Source: Macrostomum lignano (lineage: Eukaryota). From it: 64,000 bases of DNA. Of this stretch, positions 1-14,010 are shown piece by piece. Every line of letters begins with the position of its first letter. The first letter of the stretch is position 1. The translations under genes and the position numbers were made by a program. The notes beneath the pieces were generated by a model. That model ran no database searches, had not been told where the DNA came from, and was given only the letters and a program-made list of their open reading frames with translations. The stretch spans positions 1-64,000 of the forward strand of contig NIVC01000857.1 of assembly GCA_002269645.1 (NCBI GenBank), in the 5' to 3' direction.

Positions 1-464
1 CGATTGACATGACGGAGATTTAGCTGGTTGGATGGCGGAGGCCGCGAGGCTGCACTGCAAACGTGGCGGTGGGTTTGGAAGGGCTGCCTTGGTGACTGAA
101 CTCTGTGCATGCTCAAGCCTTCACTAGATGGCTAGTCTCTAAACACAAGGTGCTGAATACTAGCTAAGCATGAGACAACTTTAGCTATTTATATAGTAGT
201 CTAACCAACAGCATAGAATTGGGTAGTGGTACTGAGATATCCAGATATGAAACTATTTGATACTTGGCCGCATTGTGCATTTAACCCTAAGCAGAGGGAA
301 GCGCCTTCTCGATTTCCGCTTTATAAGTGCCAATGTAATTTGGGAGTCGATCCAAAGCTTAAACACAATGGATTATATAAGATGGCCATCATGCTAGCAG
401 TTCTTCATGCTAGCGTTACTTCCGTGAGTGACGGATGGCAGAAAGGCAACCTACTTAAGAAGCA

Positions 465-1177
465 GATTGCGGAGTGACAGCTTTCATACTAGTAGCGACA
501 ATTCCTTGCGGTGACAACTTTAGGGACTGATTAGAGTGACAGCTTTCCTAATGACGGATTGCCGAGTGACAACTTTAGGGCTGATTAGAGTGACAGCTTT
601 CCTAAATGACGGACTGCCGAGTGACAACTTTAGGGGCTGATTAGAGTGACAGCTTTCCTAAATGACGGATTGCCGAGTGACAACTTTAGGGGCTGATTAG
701 AGTGACAGCTTTCCAAGTGACGTATTGCCGAGTGAAACTTTAGGGGTTGATTAGAGTGACAGCTTTCCTAAATGACGGATTGCCGATTGACAACTTTAGG
801 GGCTGATTAGAGTGACAGCTTTCCCAAGTGACGTATTGCCGAGTGAAACTTTAGGGACTGATTAGAGTGACATTTCCTAAATGACGGATTGCCGAGTGAC
901 AACTTTAGGGGTTGATTAGAGTGACAGCTTTCCTAAATGACGGATTGCCGAGTGACAACTTTAGGGGCTGATTAGAGTGACAGCTTTCCCAAGTGACGTA
1001 TTGCCGAGTGAAACTTTAGGGACTGATTAGAGTGACAGCTTTCCTAAATGACGGATTGCCGAGTGACAACTTTAGGGGTTGATTAGAGTGACAGCTTTCC
1101 TAAATGACGGATTGCCGAGTGACAACTTTAGGGGCTGATTAGAGTGACAGCTTTCCTAAATGACGGACTGCCGAGTA
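465..1177. repeat. Tandem minisatellite, ~56-bp unit, ~12 copies; unit is internally dimeric (gagtgacagcttt / gagtgacaacttt)
   Basis: Unit gagtgacagctttcctaaatgacggattgccgagtgacaactttaggggctgatta recurs at 54-56 bp spacing (agcttt at 541, 595, 651, 707). Confidence 0.95.
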
Positions 1178-3305
1178 AGAAATCCACTAATTTACACATT
1201 GACAACTTTAATCCCGTGTAAAGTGACACATGCAGCGACGGATCACATAAAAAAATCATCTGCTGCAGATGGACGGCTTTAACAAGAGGCTTGTTCAAAG
1301 CTAACTAAGCCAAGTCAAAACTACTAACTGAGAAGGCAAAAATAAGTTTAAAAGCACCGGGGTGGTGAGGAATTTTGCGACACCTGACAACTGGGGAATA
1401 GCAGATGCAATCATCCACACGAGAACTCAAGATTATATCCTTAATTAAATCAATTGATACCAAGAGTATTTACCAGGCTTATTTTTGACAGCGTGTAACA
1501 GCAAAGTCAACTGACATTCCTGTGAACTAGCACAGCAAAGCATTGATCAAACTTTCTTACCCGACAGCTCGCCATGATTGAAATTCGTTGTGCGCATAGC
1601 GACAGAATCAAGCCTGTTGGTCCAGACTTGCCGACAGTGAGCGGTAGTCAAAACTGTACATAGGGTTGCCTACATTCTAAATTTGTATGACATTAGGGCT
1701 GAGATGATCGTTTGCTACACATCGCTAGTGACCCATGTGGCTACGCTCTGGCTGATACTAATGGACAAAAAATTACAGCAGACAAGTATTGCCGAAGCAG
1801 TCTTCTACTGTGAGACAGTTGGACAGTCCTCCAATAACTATCAATGCAAAAAAGTTCCCAATATTTTGATTTCCCTCAGCACTTCGGGTGCTTCGTTAAG
1901 GACGCACGCCAATTTAGGACCTAAACGGTGACTTTAAGAATACTTTCAAGTCTTTTGTCATCACGAAGAGACCCAATAGCCTCTGAAACTCTTGCTCTCT
2001 CTAGGTCTGCGACCCCCTGTACAAGTTCCCTGCCTTACCCAGTTTAAGGCGCGCCCCTGCACGGCACCAGACATAACTGCTCTGCGGCAGGGGTGCCCGC
2101 TTTGCACTCCTCAGTGGCACCGCGATTACAAAAGTATAAGGGATAATGCAAGTATCAGGATGCCAGCCACTTTGTGTTAATACGAAGTCATCTAAATAGC
2201 AAAACAGGGACCCGTGATACAAATAGAAAATAACTTTAAGCATTGGCTCTAGACAAGCCTTTTTACTAAAGCAGCAGAACCCGAGCTCTGAGCCTATAAA
2301 ATTCTCAGACCTTGACCCAAAACCATTAAAAAAGTCAAACGACTAAGCAGTCGAAGCCCAGTAAGTAAGCCCAAATGCGTCAGCATGATGTGCGCTGCGC
2401 TGTGGTAAGGAATGAAATTGGACTTTAAGGACAAATAAAAATAAAACTAAGGATAAACTTTGAGAATCCTCAGCATTATCGTTTTACCCGCCAACTATGC
2501 ACCTTAAACTTTATGGATAAAGGACAATCAATAACGCAGAGTTCGCTCAAATCGCAGCCAGAATCGTTATTAACAACATTGGGGTCGCTTGTATTTCGAG
2601 TACAAATTAGTTATTGAACTTTTCAAGACAAATAGTTTAAAACAGAACATTTAGGCAGGACTAATGGGCCAGGGCGATAATTATTAGTACACTATATATA
2701 CGAGTAGAAACAGTATGATATAAGCATAAAGCCAACAAAAAACAGGTGAGTCAGTTCGAACATGCAGCATTTCTGCAAATTTAATTTCACAAATTAAGGA
2801 TTCGACTGAACAATAAGTACAGAAAAGCAACAGGGACGTTGAACTAATAATAAGGGTTACTAAATTTGCACACAGTATTTGTACGACTGCGATGACAGAA
2901 GGCTTAGGAAACAAACAATAGAAATTAGAGTAATATATGGGCAGTATTTCAATTCAAATCACTGGTATGCAAAGGGGGAGATTAAGCAAAGATTATCTAA
3001 AAGCTATTAAACTAATTGCAAAATTTTATAAAGATTATAATAACTTGATCCTCATGGCCTACTGCGTCCGAATCTAATAGTTAGTTAAAAAGACAAACCA
3101 AAGCTACAATCCTGCTTGTAGGACATACACCAATCCGTTTTTACAATTTAATCTGAGTTTAACCCTAACTGATGGGACCTAATTAACAAGAGCTTATGGG
3201 GGGCATAAGTTAAAAAGCGAATATTTGCTGCATGAAAATGATAAATAGCATTTCATAATGCGAGTTTGCAGACAAAGCTGTCACAACTACCGGTACGCTT
3301 GCCCC

Positions 3306-5119
3306 TTAAAACCGAAAAGGACGAGGTGGAGGTGCCGACTGTCCAAATCTGGAATTCGCCGGAGGCTGCAGCAGGCCCTGGTTGCTTACAGGCCTAGGAG
3401 TTCCAAAGGGTCTGATGCCTGGGCCGGCTGGCGCTGGATTGGCGTAGGGCTGGCCAAATTGCGGCCCGGGAGCAGAGCGGCCAGTCTGCTGTGAGTACTC
3501 CGGACCTCTGCTCATGTCGGACCTATCAGCGCTGCCGGATTCAAACGAAGCATTGCGCCCGGGAACGTAGCCGCGGCCCACAGGTTGCATGGGTTCATCC
3601 ATGCGCGGTCGTTTTATTTCGCCACCATGGGCGCTGTTCGAATCTAAGGAATTCCTTTTCCCAAAAGCAGCGTTCTGCTGTTGCTGCTGCTGTAGTTGAA
3701 CGTCAGGTACGTTTCGTGACTGACGCGGAAAAGTTGAATGCTGCTGGCCAATATTTGAAAAACCTGGAGCAGGCGCTCTGAGGCTGGTGACGCAAAAGGG
3801 TTGCTTAGCTGCTGAGCAGATCCAGCAATACCAATGGATGGCGTCGAACCGTATGGACGAACCTGCTTTTGCTGCTGGCCAGCTTGAGGCATGGACTGCT
3901 GCGGAGGATTGCTGGGAGTTGCAAAGCGAGGACCAGCTGACTGAGCAGGCGTGCTTGACTGAGGCTGAGTCGGTTTAGTGAAGTCGCTAGCAAACAAGCT
4001 CGGAATGTCTCCTTGCGACCGATTTCCATGCCTAGCAGAGCCTCTTGCTGACGGACCAACTGATTTCTGATTCGATCCCGATCCAAAAGATGAGCTAGTG
4101 CTCTGTTTGGAATTTTGCACATTGCCAGAAGCCTTGTTACCGAGAAACTACCGGCTGGACTACCAGCAACATTCCTTTGCGTAGGAGTGGTTGAAGCACT
4201 CTTAGAGACAGGGGCATTCTTGTTTGCTGGACTAGCTTTGCTAGCCGAGCTGGGTGCGGCTGCAGAGCCAGACTGGGCCGCTTTGCTGCCAGCCGTTGCT
4301 GAGCTAGATGCGTCAGCATTAGCTGCGTTGCTAGCTGCAGGTTGCTGCCCTTTGCCTAATAGCAGCGCCCCGCCAAGCAGCAAGTCCTTCTGCTTCATCC
4401 AGGGGAACATGCTGATAGGAATGAAAGTGGCGCCATCGTTCGCATCCAGTACTTTTTGAAGTAAGAGTTGGCAATGCCAGAATTCAGTTCCCAAGAAACT
4501 GACAATGGTCGAGTTTTTGGAACGCCAGAAATAGCCTTGAATGCTTCAGATCGGCTCTTAAATGTTACTGCTGCTGTGTTTAAGAACGCCTTATAGTCGA
4601 TGCGGGTCACTGTGCCAAATTCTTCTGCTCTCTCCTTCACCTTCTTTTCGCTCCAAAACTTTGGTATCTGCTTTATCATGATGGAGGTACTGCAAACAGC
4701 CACGTGACCATCTCTGGGCTTCGGGAGACCAAGCTCTTCAACGCTAGAGTCCCCAGACTTGCTTACGCCATTAGCTGCGTCTTTCGAAGCTGGGGTCCCT
4801 GGGCGGTGGATGAACTTTGCTCGGCCTGCTTTGCTACTGGCTGCTTAGAGGACGAATCACTAGATGACTGTTGCTGTGATTGACTCTTAGCGTCAGGGGC
4901 GGTGGTTTCAGGCTTCTCAGCAGCTGTCGCTGAGGTGTCTTCACTACTAGCTTGGGCCATTTGAGCCCCCATCTGTCTAAAGGCATACTCATTCACGGTG
5001 CTAAAAAACTGATTAACTTCTTTTAAGCCTGTAACTAAGGCATCGCCCTTAGATGACTTAATGCACTCAAGAACCTGGCTCAGAAGAGTTGGGATTTTTG
5101 TCGAATTGTCCGCTGCCAT
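3306..5119 (-). CDS. SCAF4/SCAF8 (Nrd1/Seb1-type) RRM protein, ~605 aa after correcting 4 single-base frameshifts (~4798, ~4446, ~4140, ~3776); low-complexity S/A/Q/P tail
   Basis: Joined ORFs read LGLPKPRDGHVAVCSTSIMIKQIP...EEFGTV...SVSWELNSGIANSYFKKYW-DANDGATFIP. This matches the recalled SCAF8 RRM (LSVCSTTLWVGQV...EEFGQI...KIAWALNKGVKTEYKQFWDVDLGVTYIP). Each junction is restored by adding one G next to existing G(s). Polypyrimidine plus CAG acceptor 3 nt before the ATG. Confidence 0.7.
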
Positions 5120-6194
5120 GGGCTGAAATAAAGCAAGAAGGAAAAACTACTTTACTAAACTACTAACACATTATTTTAAACCCACTCCAGACCTAATGGA
5201 TTACAATGATGCTTGCAATAGAATACAAATAAATTTCATAGACTAACTTCCTGGCCAATGAAAACAAAAGAAAATTAACTATAAAATTACACCCTTTCTT
5301 TCCAAATTTATTGCTGCATCTCAAGTTGAAGGCTTCAGTTTTTTGTAGGAAGGCAATCTAAATTTGAAAGAAAAAACTATATGCTTAATCATCTATTCGG
5401 GTCTCTTACAATCTTAGCCTCTCAAAGTAAGAAATTTCATCACCAATGATTACACTTTTAACAAGAGATTGGGGAATTAATGCAAGTTATTTCAACCCTA
5501 TGTACTTTATAAAGCAATCATACACTTTTGTAACTTAAAGTATATTTTTTCAAGATTCATTAATTTTTAGAAGATAGATTTTTAGTATATAGAGGTACAT
5601 TTTACTTTTTGCTTTTGCTTTATAACCCTTAGATTGTGCATATTTGGGCATATTATAAAGGCTTGTCAATTTTTGCATGTAAAACAGACATAACCAAATG
5701 ATGTCTCATTTAGAAGAGCATATCTCTCCAAACAAAACTATTTTTAAGTCTAATAAATGCTTCCAATCACTGCAATGCTGCTGAAATGAGTTCCACTAGC
5801 TGTGACAATCTGAAACACTATTAGAAGCTTGGCTTTATAGAATTTATGTAGCTTATGTAGTTTAGACCTTGGCTGCAATAGTGCTCTACAAGACAATACA
5901 ATTGACTATTAATTTATTGTCACTTTTCAAACTTTAATTTATAAATAAATAAGCTGTAAGACATACAGATTTTGAACTTGTGGAATTCCAATCCCTGGAA
6001 GTATTTTAGCATACATTCTTAAATTTGAAGTCTTACTCAAACAAAAACTTATTAATAAAGTTAGGATAAGGTTTGAAAAAATAATGAATTTGTGCTAAAA
6101 TAAAAATTTTAGGCAAGCATTGATCTTATCAGCTGGGATACCACATAGAATGAGTCTCTAAATGTGTCTATCTAAAGCAAATGTTGGCAAACTC

Positions 6195-6665
6195 TGGCTT
6201 TTGACTCTTTCTGTCTATCTAGTTCTTTGAAACTTCTCTTCTCTCTCCTTTGTTTTCTTATCTCATCTATCATGTTGCCTTTTTTCTCTTCTTTCTTCTT
6301 TTCTCTCTTATCCTTCCTTTTTTATCTCATCTCAGAAGAGGTCATCTTTGCCTTTTCCTATCTACTCATTTTTCCCTCTCCTTTCTTCTCTCTTTTTCTT
6401 CTTTCTTTTCTTCCCTCTTCTTATATATATATATATTCCTTTATCTCCCTTCACTTTTATCTCTATTCTCATTTTTTTCTCTTTTCTCCTCTCTTCCCTC
6501 TCGTATCTTACCTTATCTCTTCTCTTATCTCATCTCTCTCATCTTGCTTCTCCTCTCCCCTTCTTCTCCCTCCCTTTCTCTCATTGTCCTCACCCCCTTA
6601 TTTCTCTTATCTTCTCTCTCTCTTTGAATCATCTATTCTTTTTTCTTTCTGTTCATCTATTTTTT
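6195..6665. repeat. CT-rich low-complexity polypyrimidine tract
   Basis: Almost exclusively C/T (ttctct, tttc motifs); its ORFs are F/S/L-only artefacts. Confidence 0.9.
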
Positions 6666-7914
6666 AGCCATGAGCTAGATTCTTTAACTGGCCTTTGAGG
6701 TAAAAGTCTGCCTATCTCTGGTTGGAAAGCCAGTTTGTAGGACCTAGTACTCTCATGGTTGTTTTCATACTTTGATTATGTCATCTTTCTTGCCAATTTT
6801 TCTTGCCTTGAAAGGAATTTGTGTATTTTCAGCTCCACTGCAGTCTGCATCAGTCTAACAAACAAGGAAATGCACATTTCTTAAGAGGCCATTCAAGTTT
6901 TTAAGTACCTTTAAGAGAAACTTAAAATTTCCATGGTATGACTAATTTAATAGGGTGGTATTGCATTGCATTGCCTTTTTATAAATATTTTGCTTTTACA
7001 AACCATGCTAAATTTCCTTGATTTGCAAAGTTTAATTGCTGCGGAGTTTACCTATAGAAGGCAATGGTTAGATTTTTCTCACTAAATAATTATGGCTCAA
7101 TAGCCTCTCCATGAGGTGCATAGGCTATAAATAAAGTTATTCTAGAACATTCTACATTTGATATATATATTCAGCACTATGGCCTAACCCTTGGTCTGGC
7201 TTTAGGGAATAAGTGGATGGCACAAACAACAGAAAAAGCAGACTAACTTAAAATGCTTATAGTTTCTATTCTGATTGAGTTACAAAGTTGAAACTTTACA
7301 TTTAGACAAAGAATGTCAATGAAAAATTGTGAAGTTTGAAGTCTATTCTTTTATATGGAGCAAACTTGTAGCAGCCAAAAGTTAGCCAATTTTACAACCT
7401 TTTTTATACACCTAGGCCTAGATTGGAAAAGAGGCAAGTGGGCAAAGGTTGGGATGGTAGCTTTGCTAACAAAAAACAGCTAAGTTTTTGCACTACTAGG
7501 TAGGAAGACTTAATTTAGGAAATTTTACTAGCTATTTAGCCCCTTTCTAGGTGGCTTTTTAGCATTTAAGCATTGGTCTATAAGCAGTTTTATATAGTTG
7601 CTAAACAAATGACACTAATCTCCAAGCAGTTCTGCAATAGCAAATCTTTAAGCAATTTATACTGAGACTAAAAAAATCTTAGAGGTATATTTTCAATGTT
7701 TATAACTTTGAAATGTAAATTAATTTATAGTTGTCTTATTGTTATTGATATTCTTTGTATAAGTTAGTCTAATTATGTATTATTATTAGTATTAAATTAT
7801 TAGTTTTATGTATTATATTACATTTTGCAATAATTGACAATAAACCTAGCACAAGGATTACTATTAGAGTTGCTTTACTCTCCCCAGTTTAGTACCACTG
7901 CTATCCTGATTAGT

Positions 7915-8195
7915 ACCACTCCTTCAGATAAGCTCTACTCCTTTAGATTAGCTCCATTCCTTCAGATGAGTTCTATTCCCCTAGATTAGCTCCACTTTTT
8001 TGGATTAGCTCTATTCCTTTAGATTAGTTCCACTCTTTCATATTAGTTCCACCCCTTCAGATTATTTCCACCCCCAGATTAGCTCCACTCCTTTAGATTA
8101 GCTCCACTCCTTTAGATTAGCTCCACTCCTTTAGATTAGCTCTACTCCTTTAGATTAGCTCCACTCCTTTAGATTAGCTCCACTTTTTCAAATTA
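7915..8195. repeat. Tandem minisatellite, 19-bp unit (gctccactcctttagatta), ~14 degenerate copies
   Basis: gct(c)c at 8101, 8120, 8139, etc. Confidence 0.9.
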
Positions 8196-8879
8196 GCTCT
8201 ATTCCCAAACTGCCATTAGGCTATTATTATTGCCTCAGAAGTTGAAATTAACCAACCCTCAATTTGCAATTATCCCCACTGCAGCCTAAAATTATCCCCT
8301 TTAATCCCCTATAATAGACTATAAACATACTCTTAGAAGCCTGCAATCATCTTCTTTTTAGTCTACAACTTTCATTAGCATTAAGTCTTTATCCCCTTAG
8401 TGGCCTAGAATTGTTCCTACAGCAAACTAAAAAATTTGTTTTGTAGTTGGCAGTTATCCTCCTAACTTGCATTTAATCCTCTATAGTTAAAAAATCCTTC
8501 AAAACTCTATAGTTATTTATCCTCCACAGAAGTCTACCATTATCCTTTAAGTAGTCTGCAGTTACCTTTCCTCTAGCAGTTTGTAGCAATATATTCATAA
8601 ATCTGGAAGTAGTCTCATTTATCTTTTTAGCAATCTGCTTAGCAGCAATTTCCTATAACATAGCATTTAGCAATGCCTTCAGCAGTTTAGCAGCAATTTT
8701 ATACTTTCATAGAGCTAGGCAATACCCATTGATGTGATCAGTAATAATTAAGGTAGTTTTTTACAAATATAATTTTGCTTAGCAACTTGTGGCAATTAGC
8801 CAAAATAATTCATAAACTCTGCTTAGCTAATTAATCAAAAAATGTTTCAGTTGGTTGAGGCATGAATAAATTCAATTTT

Positions 8880-8960
8880 AATTATCTACTAGAGTCAGGA
8901 CTTGAACCTGGAACATTTTGCTTAGCCTAATGCCTATAGTGCAGCTACTCTGCCTATTGA
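8880..8960 (-). mobile_element. Decayed tRNA-derived SINE-like fragment
   Basis: caggacttgaacctgg is the reverse complement of a Pol III B-box (GGTTCAAGTCC); no intact cloverleaf seen. Confidence 0.3.
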
Positions 8961-11900
8961 TGGGAAGGAGATAAAATCAGCCATATATGCTTTGGCACTG
9001 CAATAAAATACATAACAGTGATAGGCTGTTCAGTGTGCAAACAGAGCCAATGTACAGTTGCGTGAAATCTATAAATAGCTAAGAATTATCAATGTAGTCC
9101 ATCAATTAATCAGGGTTAGAATATACACACAGCCACTGAGCATTATTTACCCTTGCACATGGCAGCTAGTTTTGAGGCCTATACTACATAGTAAAAAGAA
9201 AAGTTATGGCACAATCTCAATTGGGATTGAATTCAGTCAGTCAAGATTTTGACCTTTTCTAGCTGCCTATTGAAAGCATTGGGAAAATTCATTTTTCAAA
9301 TATTTAACCAAATATTTATATTTATATTTAAAATATTTAAAATATCTTCCCATTTAGATTTTTCAATGCAATTTGATCTACACAATTTCATAGGAATTTG
9401 CAATTAAATAAAGCAAGTTTAAAAAAATTGGTTTAGGCATTCAGGCTATAGACTGAAATACTAGTCAGACAGACATAGCTTAGAGATTTAGTATATTGAT
9501 GAATGATGATGAAGGTAGCCTATAACACATTCTGTGGTGAATTTAGAATGGATACAAAATTTGGTTGAACAGTTTGAGAGTCTATAGCAAAGTAATTTCT
9601 ACATAGATAGACAGACAGTAAACATGGATTTTTAGTTTTTTTAGGTATAGATAGATTAATATATTTCTAATTCTTTAAAGAGAGCCTAAAAATGCCTAAC
9701 ATGAGGCAAAGTATATTGCTTATTAGAAGATGTTAATGCTTGCATTTTTACTACGCTTTAAGTAAATATAAATACAAAAGTTATAATAAACCTAAACTCT
9801 AAAATAAAAAAGTATTAGCTATTAAATTTCATTTTAAGCTACACTAAAAAAACAACTAAGATATTTACAATTTAGAATAGGATAGGATTTAGACTAAGGA
9901 AGTCTAGAGTAGGGAGAAATGAAAAACTTTGGTGAGTTTATCTTATTTTTTGAAAACATTTCTTCAAGATAAACAGTATAAAGCTTTAAAATATTATATA
10001 AATATACATATTTTTACTTTTAAAACTTATATACTAAGTATCAAATATAATAAATTATGAATATAAAAATATAGAAATAACTTAATTCATGAACCAAAAT
10101 ATATATATTTTTACAAGCTGTTGAAACCCGCTGATTTTGAACCCGGGGAACTCTATTCCCCAGAATTATTTTTTGCATGTATTCTAAAATCTGAGGTCAA
10201 ACTCAAACAAAAACTTGTTTATAGTTAGGACAGAGTTAAACATAAAATAGAGTACATTCGTGTAAAATTAGGATTTGAGGCAAACATTTGTATTGTTGGC
10301 TGGAGTGCTGCATAGAATGTCAGGCAAACTTTAGTCTCTGCCTCTCCCTGTCCCTTGGATCCTTTGGAGCCCACGGGCAGAGGTTAGGGTGGCTATTTTT
10401 ACAAACTGGCTGCAGCCCTAGTCAGAGTGGCCAAAGAAGATTGTTGTGGGTTAAAAAAAGCAGTTTTCTGCTTTTTTAGGGATGTTAAAATGTGAAAATT
10501 AAAAATTAAAATAGCCTAAAGCCTGCTCCGGAAAATTTGCAGTTTTCCCATATAAGTTTTGATGCTGACTTGGCAGAATTGTAGGAGTTCACTTGCTACA
10601 TACATACAGACAGACAAACATCGCGTCAGTTTTAGTATTAGGAGAGTTGAAATATTTGATAATTAATTTGGCTTTTTTAAAATATATAGTCAAATTTGAT
10701 TTATTCAAAATTTATTTCATTTTATTTCATTTAAAAATTTCAAATTTCAAGATTGCAATTACAAAGAATCTAGCAAATAGTTATCTAATAATTGTTAGGC
10801 CTATTATTTTATTAGATTTACTTTTTTCAATATAAGTATATAGTTCTTGGTTTGCTTTGCCATTAGAAAAAGCCTAGGTTAGTTATAATAAAACTAAAAT
10901 AAAATTGGTGGTTATCTAATTTATCTTGCTTTTAATATAGTATAGGGCTTATTATATTATATGTTATAAGTTATATTATATTATATTATAATTATAGTGA
11001 TGAATATAGAGATATCAATAGACAGCAAAGAAATTTATTTTATTTTTAATAACACAATCAATATTTATAACATCATTATATAATCATAATTAGAATTACT
11101 TTACTATATATATTTCTACTATCAGTTCCAACTATCTACCAATATAGACAAAAAACAACTTTAATACAGTATTTAATATATTTAGACTATTATTTTAATT
11201 TAGGACTTTTCATATTAACTTTATTTTATATAATATAGGCCTATTATAGAATTTTAAAGTTTTATTATAAAGATATTCAATTTATTTACTGCTTTACTAC
11301 TATAGCCTATAGACCTAAACTATATTATAGCCAATGGCCATTATTATAAACTATGTTTAATGAAAATTGCAAATTGGTTATCAGCAATCTAATATTTTTA
11401 TAAATAATGTGTTACATAAGAAAAAACTTAAAAAAGGGTATCTGGCATAGTTTTAACCTTGGCTATAATAGAGTAGAGAACCTTAATTTTTATGCATGTT
11501 TATATTTAATTTTTTATTTGTTTTTCAAAAATGTTCACTTTTGATTAGTTCATTATTATTATTATCTTAATTAATTGTTAATAAATTTTTAACATTTATT
11601 TTTATTAAAGTTATACATATGATTTAATAGCTTTTTCAATATAACATAGTTACTTGATATAAGGAATATTAGTAATATTAAAACCTTATCTCTTATTATA
11701 CACCAAGACTAAAACAAGAAATATAATAATAAAAATATTATTAAATTTACACCTTTATACCTATACATATAACTTAGGGCTATATTATTCCAAATTTAGC
11801 CACTAGTATCCTAACAACACAATATATATAAGGCATTGCTCAATTTTAAGGGACTAAAGAGCTCCCCTTGCATTAGTTATCTGTTACTGAAGAACCTGTT

Positions 11901-12989
11901 ACCAAAAGCAAAATGACCTGCAACTGCAATTATTTGCTTTTGCACTTGCCTTATAGTACAGAGTTACAGAATACTTTCTTTTAAAATAATGAAAATTATA
12001 TACTGTGCTTATACATGAAATTAATAATTACTACTAATAAGTTATGATCAAATGAATCATTACTTAGGGCCTAGGCCTACATTACAAAAAAGAAACGTCA
12101 CTGCAAATGTTTGAATATAGCTTTCTGCAAAATCAGTTTATTAGGCCTATTAAATCCAAAAGTGATGTAACTTTTCGCAAACATTCAAACATCGATACAT
12201 ATATTTTTAGAGTAAGTGAACGACGTAACCAGTTTCCATCCAACAAAATACGCGGGAGTAGTCACCCTATAGCGTAAGCTAGAATGATACAACTAAATAA
12301 AAAACACCAATTGAATTAGTTCGTGAATAGTGGACAGCAAGCACTACAAATTTTTGTCGTTAAAACAAACTATACTAACAATGCGAATTAATCAGCCACC
12401 ATACAATATTTGTAATAGGTTATAAATATTAAAATCAGTACTTTTTATTTTTTATACTTTAATAACATTGGCACATTACCGTTAACGATCCTAAAAGAGT
12501 TGTCCACCTAACGATAACGTATTAGTATAAGTCTGACTGAGTATATCCGTACTGCACTGTGCGGAATAGGACGACTTAAGTATAGTTTATTAAGTGGTTT
12601 TTCTTAAGTATAGCCCTTGTGGAACGATCCTGAATATTTTTGCGGGTTGGCCAACCTTAAGACAAATTGAATTTCATGTGTCTATTACTAAGCGCCCTCT
12701 AAAAATATTTATCATCATAGCTCGTATCAACTAAATAATAAAGTTCTTTGTTAAAATGCTAAAATGATGTAGCGAAAAATTGCCCGCAATGCTCTCTTTG
12801 CTCACCTCTGGATCCGCCACTGTGACCGCGCAGGCAAACTTTTTTGTGGTCTTATGCAATATTGTTAATCCCTTAAAAACAAAAACAACATGGACTAACC
12901 AATTGATATAGGATGCTGTCAAAAAGAACAGCGAGTCCGCGAGGGTCAGAGAACTCAGCGTCTCTTAGAAGCAGCCAGGTCTAGCAGTC

Positions 12990-14010
12990 GTTGAGTTCCT
13001 TAAGCTGAGAGCTAGACAGCTTGTGCAGCGCTTGGTTTGTCCGCGTACGCTAGGACGGAGAGTCGCTTCTCGGGTGTCGTCTGCAATTTTTCTACGACGT
13101 CCAGAGCAAAAATCCGTTGGGAGTTGTCAGGGAGGCCAGTGTGCAGTACCAGTCCCAGGACCAAGGACGAACAGAAATGAATGGGGCCAAGTAGGTATCC
13201 CCTTGGATAACGCGCTGAAAGACGTGTCGAAAAAGTCGGAATTAGGCCATCCAACTGCCGCCTTAGTCGATCCTGGTACAGAGCGATCATCTCACAGCCG
13301 TCACCAGATGTTCAGGTACACTGTACGTGATACACGCGGAGGATATTCGCCCCTCCTCGACACTGAGTCAAAGGCCTTCGACAGGAAGTCCACAAAGATG
13401 CAGATGATGGTCGACTGGTGGATCCAGCGGGTCCGCGGGTCCAGCACCGGCTGCAGCCGCTACAGCAGAACCCTGTTCAACAACTTGCGTGAGCCGTGCA
13501 GGACATCAGTTATAGTGAGATCCTGAGATACTCTTCGATCTTGACGGAGCCTGGTTTCTTTGGGATCCCGACGATATGCGCAGTCCGCTCCCAGCTAGCA
13601 CGCAGTTCATCACGATCGCGTGACTCCCAACGCGACCTTCTGCGGGAAGCGCAGCACCTAGACGAACACATTTTCGGGCCCAGTAGCCTTGTTGTCTGGC
13701 GTCTTCTTTGTAAGTTGGAACACCGATCGTCGATGGTGATGGGGCTGGTGTTAAAAGAGCTGTCCTCTGCATATCAGCGCAGCCTCTCCATGGGCAATGA
13801 CATATCGTCCCTTTGCGGCCGCGGAGGTACGTTGACGATACCAGAGGAAGAAGGTCCGCAGCTCGTTTCGCCTCTTCGTGCGCGGGCACCCGCCAGGTTC
13901 AGAGCTGAGGACATGCAGGGAAAACAGGGTGGGAACAGGAACAGAGAGCAAAAAAAGGTGAGCTGTGCACCAGCGGCAGCTGGCGACAGCTCAGAGCTAG
14001 GGCACGGGAC
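12990..14010 (-). mobile_element. Decayed non-LTR retrotransposon reverse transcriptase fragment (RTE-like), frameshifted and truncated
   Basis: Minus-strand pieces GIPKKPGSVKIEEY.RISL.MSCT, KLLNRVLL.RLQPVLDP, CIFVDF(L)SKAFDSVSR, and F..VL..VLHTGLPDN...PEKRLSVLAYAD correspond to LINE RT domains 1-5. Confidence 0.8.

Noticed and set aside
6227-6698. Three hydrophobic-looking ORFs (F/S/L-rich)
   Set aside because: Artefacts of a CT low-complexity tract.
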